Of a stretch of DNA of 64,000 nt, positions 41,201 through 54,522 are shown piece by piece. Each line of letters opens with the position of its first letter. Within the stretch, counting starts at the first letter, position 1. The stretch is from contig CAVPCR010000001.1 of NCBI GenBank assembly GCA_963702435.1, positions 1-64,000 on the forward strand, written 5' to 3'. The notes beneath the pieces were generated by a model. That model ran no database searches. It saw only the letters and a list, made by a program, of their open reading frames with translations, and was not told where the DNA came from. The position numbers and the translations under genes are program-made. Origin of the DNA: Candidatus Eiseniibacteriota bacterium. Its GTDB lineage: Bacteria > Eisenbacteria > RBG-16-71-46 > CAVPCR01.

Positions 41201-42445
41201 ATGACAGGAAGGAGAAGGGTCGCGTGCCTGGCTGCCGCCGCCGGGCTCGCGCTTGCGCTCGGCACGGGCAGCACGGCCGCGGCGGCGCCGGCGGGCGCCA
41301 CGGCCGGGAACGCTGACAAGTCGCTCACCATCGACGGCTTCGCGCAGGTGCGCTGGCAGTACGACCACATCGGCGCCCGCGGTGAAACGCCGGCGTCCGA
41401 TCTCAACTACTTCCGGCTCCGCAGGCTCCGCCTGCGCGCGACCGCCGACTGGAACCAGTACTACCGGGTGCGGCTCCAGCTCGCGCTCCAGGAGTTCGCC
41501 CGCCTCCTCCAGGCGCAGCCCGCCTCGGAGCTCGCCGGCCCGGTGCTCGAGGACGCCTACTTCCAGTACAAGCGCGCCGAGTCGTTCGGGCTCCTCTTCG
41601 GCCAGTACAAGCTCCCGATCAGCCGCGAGGAGCTGCGCTCCTCGAGCGACCAGCTGGTCGTCGATCGGAGCCCGATCGTGAACGGGAACTTCACGCGAAG
41701 CCTGTGGATCTCCCGCGACCTGGGCATCATGTACCAGGGCAACTTCTACGAGAGCGATATCCCGCTCGAGATCTACGCCGGTGTATGGAACGGAGATGGC
41801 CGGAACGCTCCCCTCGACTTCCGGGACCTGAACGACGCGAAGCTCTTCGGTGGGCGGGCCGAGTACGCGGTCCTCCCCGGCGTCGAGCTTGCCGGCTCGT
41901 ATCTCGCCAATCCGGTCCTCGCCGGCGGCGGGCTCTACAGCTTCGGCTCCTCATCCTTCGCGATCCCGGAGGAGCGCGATTACAGCGAGATGCTCACCTG
42001 CTGGGGGCTCGACGGGAACTTCACGCGCCAGCTCACAGCGGGCCGGGTCATCGTCGAGGGGGAGATCCTGAACGGCACGAACACCCGGGCCTTCGCCAAG
42101 GCCATGAGCGACGCGCTGGCGGACACGACCGGGCCGGCGCTGCCGGCCCCCGGCGACCAGGGGTTCACCCAGCGCGGAATGCAGATCGCCGGGAATGTCC
42201 TCTTCCGCAGCGAGGGCTGGCTCAAGGGCTGGGATGTCGGGGCGCGCCTCGCGAACTACGACCCCGACGTCGACAAGGACGAGAACTCCGACACCGAGCT
42301 CGCGATGGCGCTCGGACTCCACTTCCTCGAGGACCCGGACCAGAACAAGGACCGGCTCCAGTTCGAGTTCACGAACATCACGCACGAGCGCGAGGGCTAC
42401 GACAGCGACTGGAGCATGAAGGCCCAGTGGCAGGTGCGCTACTAG
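41201..42445 (+). CDS. Phosphate-selective porin (OprO/OprP-like)
   Basis: Signal peptide, FRLRRLRL arginine ladder, LEDAY, GQYKLP.SREEL.SS, RDLG, ends QWQVRY; located in the pho cluster. Confidence 0.8.
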   Translation: MTGRRRVACLAAAAGLALALGTGSTAAAAPAGATAGNADKSLTIDGFAQVRWQYDHIGARGETPASDLNYFRLRRLRLRATADWNQYYRVRLQLALQEFARLLQAQPASELAGPVLEDAYFQYKRAESFGLLFGQYKLPISREELRSSSDQLVVDRSPIVNGNFTRSLWISRDLGIMYQGNFYESDIPLEIYAGVWNGDGRNAPLDFRDLNDAKLFGGRAEYAVLPGVELAGSYLANPVLAGGGLYSFGSSSFAIPEERDYSEMLTCWGLDGNFTRQLTAGRVIVEGEILNGTNTRAFAKAMSDALADTTGPALPAPGDQGFTQRGMQIAGNVLFRSEGWLKGWDVGARLANYDPDVDKDENSDTELAMALGLHFLEDPDQNKDRLQFEFTNITHEREGYDSDWSMKAQWQVRY

Positions 42446-42723
42446 GCGGCCCCCACCGGACGCGGGGCGCCCCGACGCGGCGGAGCCCCGGGTCGACCGC
42501 GAAGTCGTCCCCTCCCGGGATCGATCCCCCGCTTGAGGGACCGGTCCCGGGAGGCTCCCTTTTGCCCGGCCTGGCCGGGAAAACCGTTGAAACGAAGGCC
42601 GCAGGCCCCTACCCTTCCCCATTCGGCCGGGCGCTGCCGGCCCGGGCCCGTCGCCCGATTCTCCCCGGTCCGACCTCCAGGTCTCGCGTGCCCCGAGTCC
42701 CGCTGGCATAGGAGCTGCCCGAG

Positions 42724-43575
42724 ATGAGAGCGAAGCCCTGGGCGGGATTCGCCGCCCTTCTCGTCGTCCTCGCCACCGCGTCGTGCGGCAGCGGGGGAAG
42801 CGGGAGGGAGGCGGCGCCCCCCGGCGGCGAGGCCGGGGCACCCGGGGCCGGAGAACCGGCCGGGCAACCGGCGGCAACCCCGCTCCCGGCGCCGGGATCG
42901 GGGGGAGTCATCGCGGGCCGGGTGCTCCTCGCGGGCGCGCCGCCCGCCGCCGCGACGATCAACATGGGTGCCGATCCGTACTGCAAGACCCGACACGCTG
43001 CGGCGCCGGCGAGCGAGAGCCTCGTCGTCAACGCCGACGGCTCGCTGCACAACGTCTTCGTCTACTTGAAGGCCGGACTCCCGCCGGGAGTGCGCTACGC
43101 GACCCCGCGCGAGCCCGTGCTGCTCGATCAGGTAGGCTGCCAGTACCGGCCGCACGTCTTCGGCATCCTGGTCGGGCAGCCGCTCACGATCCGGAACTCG
43201 GACGGCACTCTGCACAACGTGCACTCGCTGGCCAGGAACACGAAGGCCTTCAACATCGGCATGCCCGACCAGGGCCTCGAGGTGACGCGGACCTTCGATG
43301 CCGAGGAGATCATGGTCCGCATCAAGTGCGACGTGCACCCCTGGATGGAGAGCTGGGCCGGCGTGCTACCGCATCCCTTCTTCGCCGTGAGCGGGGACGG
43401 CGGGTCCTTTGCGATCCGGGACGTCCCGCCCGGCACGTATACGATCGAGGCCTGGCACGAGAGGCTGGGTCCGCAGACGCAGAACGTGACCGTCGAGCTC
43501 GGGATGCCGGCGACCCTGGACTTCACGTTCCAGGCGGCCGCCGCGACCGACGCCGACACAAGGGGGGGACGATGA
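42724..43575 (+). CDS. Lipoprotein with cupredoxin-like and carboxypeptidase-regulatory-like domains
   Basis: Lipobox ATASC, LDQVGCQYRPHV, NSDGTLHNVH, KCDVHPWM, VPPGTYTIEAWHE. Confidence 0.8.
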   Translation: MRAKPWAGFAALLVVLATASCGSGGSGREAAPPGGEAGAPGAGEPAGQPAATPLPAPGSGGVIAGRVLLAGAPPAAATINMGADPYCKTRHAAAPASESLVVNADGSLHNVFVYLKAGLPPGVRYATPREPVLLDQVGCQYRPHVFGILVGQPLTIRNSDGTLHNVHSLARNTKAFNIGMPDQGLEVTRTFDAEEIMVRIKCDVHPWMESWAGVLPHPFFAVSGDGGSFAIRDVPPGTYTIEAWHERLGPQTQNVTVELGMPATLDFTFQAAAATDADTRGGR

Positions 43576-44588
43576 GCCAGGAGCAAACCAGGGAGGCCGG
43601 GGGCCGCCGCGAGGGGCCCCGCTCGCGAGCCCTCCATGCCTATGCCGTGTTCACGGTCGTCGCCACCCTTCTCCTGATCACGGCCGGCGGGCTCGTCACC
43701 TCGACCGGATCGGGACTCGCCGTTCCCGACTGGCCCCTCTCCTACGGCATGGTCTTCCCGCCGATGGTCGGCGGCATCCTCTACGAGCACGGCCATCGCA
43801 TGATCGCGGCGACGATCGGCATCCTGACCATCGTGCTCGCGATATGGCTGGCGCGCGCCGAGCCGCGCCGCTGGGTACGGCGGCTTGGCCTCCTGGCCCT
43901 CGCCGCCGTCGTCACCCAGGGCCTCCTCGGCGGGCTCACCGTGCTCCTCCTCCTCCCGACCGCGGTGTCCATGGCACACGCCTGCGTCGCCCAGGCCTTC
44001 TTCTGCCTCCTGGTCACGATCGCCGTCGTCACGTCGCCGGCCTGGGAGCGGGCCGCGGCGAGCGCCCGGGCGCGCGGCGCCGAAGTTGGCGTCTCTCCGC
44101 AGCTATTGGCGATGGCGATCGCCACGACCGCGGCCATCTACGGACAGCTCATCCTCGGCGCGCTCACCCGCCACACCAAGGCCGGTCTCGCCATCACCGA
44201 TTTCCCCCTGGCGAACGGGCAGCTGATCCCGGACCTGTCGCTGCCGCTCGTCGCCATCCAGTTCGTGCACCGCCTGGGCGCGCTCGTCGTGACCGTCCTC
44301 ATCGTCACCATGGCCGTGCGGGCCGCACGCGAGCGCCGGGCGCTCGGCGGCGCCGCGAACGCCGCGCTCCTCCTCGTCCTCGGGGTCGCCGTCCAGATCC
44401 TCCTCGGCGCCGTCACGGTCATGACCCGCCTCGCGGTGGTCCCGGCCACGGCGCACGTGACGACCGGAGCGGCGATCCTCGGCGTGAGCCTTCTCTTCAC
44501 GCTCATGAGCCACCGCCGGGCGCGCCTCGCCGTCCCGACCTCGCGGGCCACCGCCCCCACCCTCATCGGCCGGACGGCGACCACGTGA
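43572..44588 (+). CDS. ctaA: Heme A synthase (COX15/CtaA family)
   Basis: GGLVTSTGSGLAVPDWP, EHGHR, QGLLGGLTV, HACVAQ, HRLGA, TAHV. Confidence 0.9.
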   Translation: MSQEQTREAGGRREGPRSRALHAYAVFTVVATLLLITAGGLVTSTGSGLAVPDWPLSYGMVFPPMVGGILYEHGHRMIAATIGILTIVLAIWLARAEPRRWVRRLGLLALAAVVTQGLLGGLTVLLLLPTAVSMAHACVAQAFFCLLVTIAVVTSPAWERAAASARARGAEVGVSPQLLAMAIATTAAIYGQLILGALTRHTKAGLAITDFPLANGQLIPDLSLPLVAIQFVHRLGALVVTVLIVTMAVRAARERRALGGAANAALLLVLGVAVQILLGAVTVMTRLAVVPATAHVTTGAAILGVSLLFTLMSHRRARLAVPTSRATAPTLIGRTATT

Positions 44589-45559
44589 GCACGAGCCATC
44601 CCTCGCCCATCGCCCCGCTCGGCGCCCGGAGCCCGGCGCCCGGCGGGCCGCCCGCGGCGCAGCCGGGCACCTTGCACCAGGCGCCGGCCGCCGCCGTCGC
44701 CTCCCGCTTCGCCGACTACTCGGCGCTCACCAAGCCGCGCATCACGACCCTCGTCCTCGTGACGACACTCGTCGGCTACATGCTCGGCGCCCGGAGCGGG
44801 CTCGAGATCGGGCGGCTCGTCCATCTCCTCCTCGCCACCGGGCTCGTGGCCGGCGGCGCGAGCGCCCTCAACCAGTTCCTCGAGCGCGAGGCCGACGCGC
44901 GCATGCACCGCACGCGGCGCCGGCCCCTCCCGAGCGGCCGCCTGACACCCGATGCGGTGCTCATCTTCGCGGTGGATCTCGCCGCGCTCGGCCTGGTCTG
45001 GCTCGCGGTGGCGGTGAGCCCGGCGGCGAGCCTCGTCGCCGCGCTCACGCTCGCAAGCTACGTCCTCGCCTACACACCGCTCAAGCGCACGACCCCCTGG
45101 TGCACGGCGGTCGGCGCCATCCCCGGCGCGCTCCCGCCGGTGATCGGCTGGGTCGCGGCGCGCGGCGAGCTCGGCGCCGGGGCGCTCGCGCTCTTCGCGC
45201 TCCTCTACGCGTGGCAGCTCCCGCACTTCTTCGCAATCGCGTGGCTCTACCGGGAAGACTACGCGCGAGGGCACTTCCCGATGTGGCCGGTCGTCGATCC
45301 GAGCGGCACCTGGACCTTCCGGCAGATCACGGCGACAAGCATCCTCCTCCTCCTCGTGAGCGTGCTGCCGACCGCGATCGGCCTGACCGGACATCTCTAC
45401 CTGGCGGGAGCGCTCGCGCTCGGCGCGATCTTCGTCCTCCTCGCCCTCTCCCTCGCGCGCCGCCGGGACGACCGCGCGGCGCGGCGCGTCTTCTTCTACT
45501 CGATCGTCTACTTGCCGGCGATCATCGCGCTCATGCTCGTGGATCGCGTTTCACCCTGA
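44585..45559 (+). CDS. ctaB: Protoheme IX farnesyltransferase (heme O synthase)
   Basis: LTKPRI, NQFLEREADARMHRTRRRPLPSG, YTPLKR, GALPP, WQLPHF, YREDY. Confidence 0.95.
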   Translation: MSTSHPSPIAPLGARSPAPGGPPAAQPGTLHQAPAAAVASRFADYSALTKPRITTLVLVTTLVGYMLGARSGLEIGRLVHLLLATGLVAGGASALNQFLEREADARMHRTRRRPLPSGRLTPDAVLIFAVDLAALGLVWLAVAVSPAASLVAALTLASYVLAYTPLKRTTPWCTAVGAIPGALPPVIGWVAARGELGAGALALFALLYAWQLPHFFAIAWLYREDYARGHFPMWPVVDPSGTWTFRQITATSILLLLVSVLPTAIGLTGHLYLAGALALGAIFVLLALSLARRRDDRAARRVFFYSIVYLPAIIALMLVDRVSP

Positions 45560-45599
45560 CCTGGACTGCGGCGCCGCTCGCCGCGACCGGAGACAACAG

Positions 45600-46094
45600 A
45601 TGCCAGCCCCAGGCGCCCAGTTCCTCGCCCGCCCCGGACTCCCCGGCGGCTTCGGCGCGCTCATGGATGAGTTTGCGCGCGCGGCCGAGGACTTCTGCCG
45701 CACGCTCGAGAACCTCCCGCCCGGCGCGCTCGGCTGGGAGCAGCCGAGCCAGGACCCCGACACGAAGACGCTCCGCGCGGTCTGCACCCATGTGATCGGG
45801 GCGGTGCGCGGGCACGCCAACTACATTCGCCGCGCGCGCGGTCTCCCGGTCGACGAGACGCGGCCCGATGCCGCTCTCCTCGCCACCCCGAGCGACGTGC
45901 GGGCGCGACTCGCCGACGCCCTGCGTTACGCCGAGGGCGCGCTCGACGGCCTCTATCACGCCGATGAAGCAACGGTCATGGCGATCCGCTTCCAGGCCCG
46001 CTGGGGCCCGACCTACGACCCGGAGATGATGCTCGAGCACGCCATCGTGCACGTGCTCCGGCATCGCCGGCAGATGGAGCGCTGGTCCCGCTAG
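45600..46094 (+). CDS. DinB-superfamily protein
   Basis: TLRAVCTHV and LEHAIVHVLRHRRQM His-triad pattern. Confidence 0.75.
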   Translation: MPAPGAQFLARPGLPGGFGALMDEFARAAEDFCRTLENLPPGALGWEQPSQDPDTKTLRAVCTHVIGAVRGHANYIRRARGLPVDETRPDAALLATPSDVRARLADALRYAEGALDGLYHADEATVMAIRFQARWGPTYDPEMMLEHAIVHVLRHRRQMERWSR

Positions 46095-46239
46095 GGGCCC
46101 GCACTGGCAAGCTTGGCGCCGGCCGCCCGGCGCCAAGGAAGGACTCGACCGATCGTGCCACGCGTGGTACAAAACGTCGGCTTTCGCCGCGCTCGGATGG
46201 CGCAGAGCTCCGAGCCGGACCAATCCTACTGGGGGAACC

Positions 46240-48720
<2,481 letters not shown>

Positions 48721-48776
48721 CCCGGGCGCGCCGGCGGCGCGCCGGCGGCGGGTCCGGCGCCGCGGGGTCATCCACC

Positions 48777-49964
48777 ATGCTCTCGCTCATCGTGAACGCC
48801 GAGGTGTTCGCGCCGGCGCCGCGCGGCACGAGTGCAGTGCTGGTCGCCGGTGAGCGCGTGGCCTGGCTGGGGGGCGAGACCCCCGATCTCGACGCGCTCC
48901 GCGCGCTGGGCGCCGAGGTCGTGGACCTCGCGGGCGCGCGGCTCATCCCCGGGCTCATCGACGGTCACGTCCACGTGACGGGCGGCGGCGGCGAGGGGGG
49001 ACCCGCCTCGAGCGTGCCGCCCGTTCCGCTCTCGCACTTCACGCGCGGCGGGACCACGACCGTGGTCGGCCTCCTCGGCACCGACGACGTGACCCGCTCC
49101 CCCGCCGCCCTCGTCGCGCGGACGCGCGCGCTCGCAGCCGAGGGGTTGAGCGCGTACTGCCTGGTCGGCGGCTACCACGTGCCGCCGGCGACCCTCACCG
49201 GGAGCGTGCGCGGCGACATCGTGTTCATCGAGCCGGTGCTCGGCATCGGCGAGATCGCGGTGAGCGACCACCGCTCGAGCCAGCCGACTCTCGAGGAGAT
49301 CCTCCGCCTCGCCGGCGAGGCGCACACGGCCGGGATGCTGGCGGGGAAGGCCGGCATCCTCCACCTGCATGTGGGGAACGGCGCGCGTGGGCTCGAGCTC
49401 GTGCGGGCCGCGCTCGACGCGACCGAGATCCCCCCCGGCGTGTTCCAGCCGACGCACGTGAACCGGTGCCGCGCGCTGTTCGAGGAGGCGATGGCGCTCG
49501 CCGCGCGCGGCGTGACGATCGATGTCACCGCCTCGCCGGTCGCCCCCGGCAGCGAGGCGATCCCCGCGCCCGATGCGGTCGCCGAGTTCTTCGCGCGGGA
49601 CCTCCCGCGCGAGCGCATCACCGTCTCGACCGATGCCGGCGGCTCGCTCCCCGCCTTCGACGCAGAGGGCCGCCTCGTGCACATGGGGGTAGGCCGGCCG
49701 GAAGCGCTCGCCGAGATGCTCGCCGACCTCCTCGAGCGCGGCGTGCCGCTCGAGACAGCGCTCCTTCCCATGACCGCGAACCCGGCCCGCCATCTCCGCC
49801 TCGAGCGGAAGGGGCGCATCGCGGTGGGCGCCGATGCGGACCTCGTCGTCCTCGATGCCGCGAACCGCGTGCGCGACGTGATGGCGCGCGGCCGCTGGCA
49901 CCTGCGGCACGGGGAGATCCTGATCCGCGGCGCGCTGGAAGAGGGATCCTTCGGGCCGGTTTGA
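48777..49964 (+). CDS. iadA: Isoaspartyl dipeptidase (beta-aspartyl peptidase)
   Basis: PGLIDGHVHVTGGGGEGG, VGLLGTD, GEIAVSDHRSSQP, HLHVG, PTHVNR, STDAGGSLP. Confidence 0.93.
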   Translation: MLSLIVNAEVFAPAPRGTSAVLVAGERVAWLGGETPDLDALRALGAEVVDLAGARLIPGLIDGHVHVTGGGGEGGPASSVPPVPLSHFTRGGTTTVVGLLGTDDVTRSPAALVARTRALAAEGLSAYCLVGGYHVPPATLTGSVRGDIVFIEPVLGIGEIAVSDHRSSQPTLEEILRLAGEAHTAGMLAGKAGILHLHVGNGARGLELVRAALDATEIPPGVFQPTHVNRCRALFEEAMALAARGVTIDVTASPVAPGSEAIPAPDAVAEFFARDLPRERITVSTDAGGSLPAFDAEGRLVHMGVGRPEALAEMLADLLERGVPLETALLPMTANPARHLRLERKGRIAVGADADLVVLDAANRVRDVMARGRWHLRHGEILIRGALEEGSFGPV

Positions 49965-50340
49965 CGCCGGGCGGGCACATGGACGACTACACCACGGCGA
50001 GCGTCGACTGAGAGCCGATCCGGGAGGTGGCGCATGCGCCGCCGTCTCTGCGTCCGGCGACTGCATCGAGGCGCGCTATCGCCTCCTCCTCGCGCGCTGA
50101 TGTAGCGGCGCCGCCGGCCGCACTCCTTCCGGCTTCACCGCTTGCGCATGGAAGCGCGCGCGGCATCCCTCTCCTGCGGCGACACCCGGCCGCGTAAGGA
50201 CGGGCTGGCGCCGCCGCCCGCCATGACGTATTCTCATCGGGTTTAATCGGGGATGCACGCACCGTCGCGCCCCCCCGGGGGCGGTGCCGGATGCGAAGCG
50301 CCGGCCGCGCGCGGGAATCTAACGCCTCGAGGAGGCCACG

Positions 50341-51775
50341 ATGTCCGAGCCGATCGCGGAGCTCTTCCGCCGTGTCGCTCCGCAAGTCGATTTCTGCTCG
50401 CTCCGCTTCGTCGACGAGCGCTCCGAGATGCTGCGCATGCGGCAGAACGTGCTCCAGCCGGTCGCCCGCTCGACCGACACCGGGGCCATGGTGACTGTGA
50501 TCGATGGCGGCGGCCTCGGCTATGCGGCCACGTCCGATCTCTCGGCGCGCGGGCTCGAGACCGCCTGCGCGCAGGCGCGCACCTGGGCCGAGCGCACGGC
50601 CCGCCGCGCGGTGACCGACTTCTCGCAGGTGCCGATGCCCTCGCCGCAGGGGCAGTACGCGACCCCGGTCGCGGTGCCCTGGGAGTCGACGTCGCTCGCC
50701 GACAAGATCGCTATCCTCAAACGCGAGAGCGAGCGGCTGAAGATCGATCCGCGGATCGTCGACTGGGAGGCGGCGCTCTGGCACACGCGCTCGCGCACCC
50801 TCTACCTCACCAATCAGGGCGGACATGTCGAGCAGGAGTTCTCCTTCCTGGTCCCCGTCCTCAGCGCCACGGCGAACGAGGGATCCGAGACCCAGACCCG
50901 TTCGCTCGGCGGGCGCGGTACCTGCCGCCAGGGCGGTCTCGAGGTGCTCGACGAGGCCGGGTTCTTCGACGCCGCGCCGCGCATCGCCGCCGAGGCGCTC
51001 GCGCTCCTCGCGGCGCCCAATTGCCCGACCGGCACCATGGACCTCCTCCTCGCCCCGGATCAGATGATCCTCCAGATCCACGAGTCGATCGGGCATCCGC
51101 TCGAGCTCGACCGCATCCTCGGCGACGAGCGGAACTACGCCGGCACGAGCTTCGTGACGCTCGACATGTTCGGGAGCTACCGCTACGGCTCGGACCTCCT
51201 CAACATCACCTACGATCCCACCCTCCGGAACGAGTTCGCGAGCTTCGGCTTCGACGACGACGGGGTCCCGGCCCGGAAGGAGTACATCATCCGGAACGGC
51301 ATCCTCGAGCGGCCGCTCGGCAGCATCATCTCCCAGCGCGCGCGGGGATGGCCGGCGTGGCCAACGCCCGCGCCTCGAGCTGGAACCGGCCGCCGATCGA
51401 TCGGATGGCCAACCTGAACCTCGAGCCGGGCACCTCGACGCTCGAGCAGATGATCGCGGCGGTCGAGCGCGGCATCTACATGCAGAGCAACAACAGCCTG
51501 GTCCATCGACGACTCGCGCAACAAGTTCCAGTTCGGCTGCGAGTGGGGACAGCTCATCGAGAACGGAAAGCTCACCACGCTCGTCAGGAAGCCCAACTAC
51601 CGGGGGATCTCGGCCACCTTCTGGCGGAACCTCAAGATGGTCGGGATCGGTCGCCACCCGGAACATCCTGGGCACCCCGAACTGCGGCAAGGGGGAGCCG
51701 AACCAGGCGGTGCGGGTCGGCCACGCCTCGCCGGCCTGTCTCTTCGCGAGCGTCGACGTCTTCGGAGGAGCTTGA
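50341..51775 (+). CDS. tldD: TldD metalloprotease subunit, frameshifted near 51340, 51498 and 51650
   Basis: QIHESIGHPLELDR (HExxxH), FDDDG, RMANLN, NKFQFGCE, CGKGEPNQ. Confidence 0.9.
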
Positions 51776-51778
51776 GCG

Positions 51779-53101
51779 ATGCAAGGCTACTTCTACGAAC
51801 TGGCCGACTTCGTCTGGTCGAAGCTCGAGACGGGTGAGATCGCCACGGCATCCTTCCAGGGCGAGGACTCCGAGTTCGTGCGCTTCAGCAAGAGTTCTGT
51901 GCGGCAGGCAGGCAGCGTCGTACAGCGCGAGATCGAGGTCGAGCTGATTCGCGGCAAGAGGCACGCCAAGGGCTCGGTCACCCTGACCGGCGGCCGGGAC
52001 GCCGATCACGCGCGGGTCGCGAGCCTGATCGCGGACCTCCGCGTCATGCTTCCGCTCCTGCCCGAGGATCCGCATCTCCTCTACTCGGAGGAGGTGCGCT
52101 CGGGAGAGAAGCACGGCACGAACCGGCTCCCCGCGGGCACCGACGCCGCCGGCACGGTCCTCGCCGCCGGGAGCCGGCAGGACCTGGTCGGCATCTACGC
52201 CGGGGGCGGCATCCACTCCGGTTTCGCCAACTCGTTCGGGCAGAAGAACTGGTTCTCCACCTTCACGTTCAACCTGGACTGGAGCCTGTACCACCACGCG
52301 GACAAGGCGGTGAAGTGCGCCTACGCCGGCTTCACCTGGGACGAGGAGGAGCTCGCCGGCAAGATGGCCGCGGCCGACGAGCAGCTCGCGATCCTGACGC
52401 GCCCGCCGCAGACGATCGATCCCGGGCGCTACCGGGTATACCTCGCACCCTTCGCCGTCTACGACATCCTGGGCACCGTGTCCTGGGGCGGCTTCGGGCT
52501 CAAGGACCACAAGACCAAGCAGACCACGCTCATCAAGATGGTGGAGGAAGGCGCCCGGCTCAATCCGGCGGTCGCGATCGTCGAGGACACGGCGAACGGC
52601 GTGGCGCCCGACTTCCAGAACGCGGGCTTCATCAAGCCGCCGCAGGTCGACCTGATCTCCCGGGGCTGCTTCTCGAACTGCCTCGTCTCGCCCCGCTCGG
52701 CCAAGGAGTACGGCGTGCCGACCAACGGGGCATCGCTCTGGGAGATGCCGTCTTCGCTCGACATGGCCGCCGGCAGCCTGCAGCGGGACCGCGTCCTCGG
52801 CGAGCTCGGAGAGGGGCTCTTCATCAACAACGTGCACTATCTCAATTACTCCGACCGGACGGCGTGCCGGATGACCGGGATGACGCGCTTTGCGACCTTC
52901 TGGGTCGAGAACGGGAAGATCACGGCGCCGGTCAACGTCATGCGCTTCGACGAGACGATCTACCGGATACTCGGCGAGCACCTGGTCGGGCTGACCGCGG
53001 AGCGCGAGTTCATCATCGACGCGCACACCTACGGCGGGCGCTCGGTGCAGAGCGGCCGGGTGCCGGGCGCGCTCGTCGACGAGTTCACATTCACGCTGTA
53101 G
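51779..53101 (+). CDS. TldE/PmbA-family subunit
   Basis: EDSEFVRF, PGRYRVYLAP, HYLNYSD, MTGMTRF, MRFDET; directly follows tldD. Confidence 0.9.
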   Translation: MQGYFYELADFVWSKLETGEIATASFQGEDSEFVRFSKSSVRQAGSVVQREIEVELIRGKRHAKGSVTLTGGRDADHARVASLIADLRVMLPLLPEDPHLLYSEEVRSGEKHGTNRLPAGTDAAGTVLAAGSRQDLVGIYAGGGIHSGFANSFGQKNWFSTFTFNLDWSLYHHADKAVKCAYAGFTWDEEELAGKMAAADEQLAILTRPPQTIDPGRYRVYLAPFAVYDILGTVSWGGFGLKDHKTKQTTLIKMVEEGARLNPAVAIVEDTANGVAPDFQNAGFIKPPQVDLISRGCFSNCLVSPRSAKEYGVPTNGASLWEMPSSLDMAAGSLQRDRVLGELGEGLFINNVHYLNYSDRTACRMTGMTRFATFWVENGKITAPVNVMRFDETIYRILGEHLVGLTAEREFIIDAHTYGGRSVQSGRVPGALVDEFTFTL

Positions 53102-53129
53102 GGTGGGCCGGGCACGGGAGAGTCAAGGC

Positions 53130-54344
53130 ATGGCGACGCAGATCCCTTCGAGCAAGAGCCTGATCGATCTCGAGACCCAGTACGGCGCCCACAACTACCA
53201 CCCGCTCGACGTGGTGATCGAGCGGGGCGAGGGCGTCTACCTCTGGGATGTCGAGGGCAAGCGCTACATGGACTTCCTGGCCGCCTACTCGGCCGTCAAC
53301 CAGGGCCACTGCCACCCGCGGATCGCGGCGGCGCTTGCCCGGCAGGCGAAGAAGCTCGCCCTCACCTCGCGGGCCTTCCGCAACGACGTGTTCCCCCCGC
53401 TCCTCGAGAAGCTGTGCAGGCTGACCGGGTTCGACCGGGCGCTCCTCATGAACAGCGGCGCCGAGGCCGTCGAGACTGCGATCAAGGCCGCGCGCAAGTG
53501 GGGCTACGACGTGAAGGGGATCCCCTACCCGGAAGCCGAGATCATCGTCTGCGAGGGGAACTTCCACGGCCGGACGACGACCATCGTCGGCTTCTCGACC
53601 GACCCCGACAGCACGAGCCGCTTCGGTCCCTTCACCCCCGGGTTCCGGATCGTGCCCTACGGTGATCTCGAGGCCATGCGCGCGGCGTTCACGCCGCGCA
53701 CCTGCGCCGTCCTGGTCGAGCCGATCCAGGGCGAGGGGGGTGTCGTCATCCCGCCCCGGGGATTCCTCGCGGGACTCCGCGAGCTGTGCAACCGCGAGAA
53801 GGCGCTCCTCATCCTGGATGAGATCCAGTCGGGACTCGGTCGCACCGGGAAGATGTTCGCCTTCGAGCACGAGGGGATCCGGCCCGACGGCGTCACGATC
53901 GGGAAGGCGCTCTCCGGCGGCTATTATCCGGTGTCGGCGTTCCTCGCCGACGCGAAGGTGATGGATGTCTTCACCCCCGGGATCCATGGATCCACCTACG
54001 GGGGCAACCCGCTCGCCTGCGCCGTGGCCAGCGAGGCGCTCGACGTGCTGGTCGAGGAACGGCTGGTCGAGCGCGCCGCCGAGCTCGGGGACTACCTCAA
54101 GACGCGACTCAACGGGCTCGACTCCCCGCGCGTGAAGGAGGTCCGTTCGATCGGCCTGTGGGCCGGCATCGAGCTCCATGCATCGGCGGGCGGCGCCCGC
54201 CAGTACTGCTACGCGCTCAAGGACCGCGGCATGCTCTGCAAGGACACGCACACGCACACGATCCGCCTCGCGCCGCCGCTGGTCATCACGCGCGAGCAGA
54301 TCGACTGGGCGGTGGGCCAGCTACGCGAGGTGCTGGCGCAGTAA
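53130..54344 (+). CDS. rocD: Ornithine--oxo-acid aminotransferase
   Basis: GAHNYHPL, YSAVNQGHCHP, MNSGAEAVETAIK, NFHGRT, EPIQGEGG, DEIQSGLGRTG, GKALSGG. Confidence 0.95.
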   Translation: MATQIPSSKSLIDLETQYGAHNYHPLDVVIERGEGVYLWDVEGKRYMDFLAAYSAVNQGHCHPRIAAALARQAKKLALTSRAFRNDVFPPLLEKLCRLTGFDRALLMNSGAEAVETAIKAARKWGYDVKGIPYPEAEIIVCEGNFHGRTTTIVGFSTDPDSTSRFGPFTPGFRIVPYGDLEAMRAAFTPRTCAVLVEPIQGEGGVVIPPRGFLAGLRELCNREKALLILDEIQSGLGRTGKMFAFEHEGIRPDGVTIGKALSGGYYPVSAFLADAKVMDVFTPGIHGSTYGGNPLACAVASEALDVLVEERLVERAAELGDYLKTRLNGLDSPRVKEVRSIGLWAGIELHASAGGARQYCYALKDRGMLCKDTHTHTIRLAPPLVITREQIDWAVGQLREVLAQ

Positions 54345-54522
54345 GCGAACAGGTGGATCACGCTCACACGATCCCCGGTCCAGAGAGATCCGCTCCAGCG
54401 AGCATGGCTGACGGTCGCTCGTGAACTGCGACGACGCCCCGCCACATCGCCTTTCCGGAATCTGCTAATCTCGTGACGTTCCGGAACACCCGCCTTCGCT
54501 CTTGCTCCTCAAGGAGGTCTTG

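Noticed and set aside
49979..50140. Short ORF MDDYTTASVD as a TldDE-processed RiPP precursor
   Set aside because: No SD, no modification enzymes nearby, and too short to support a call.
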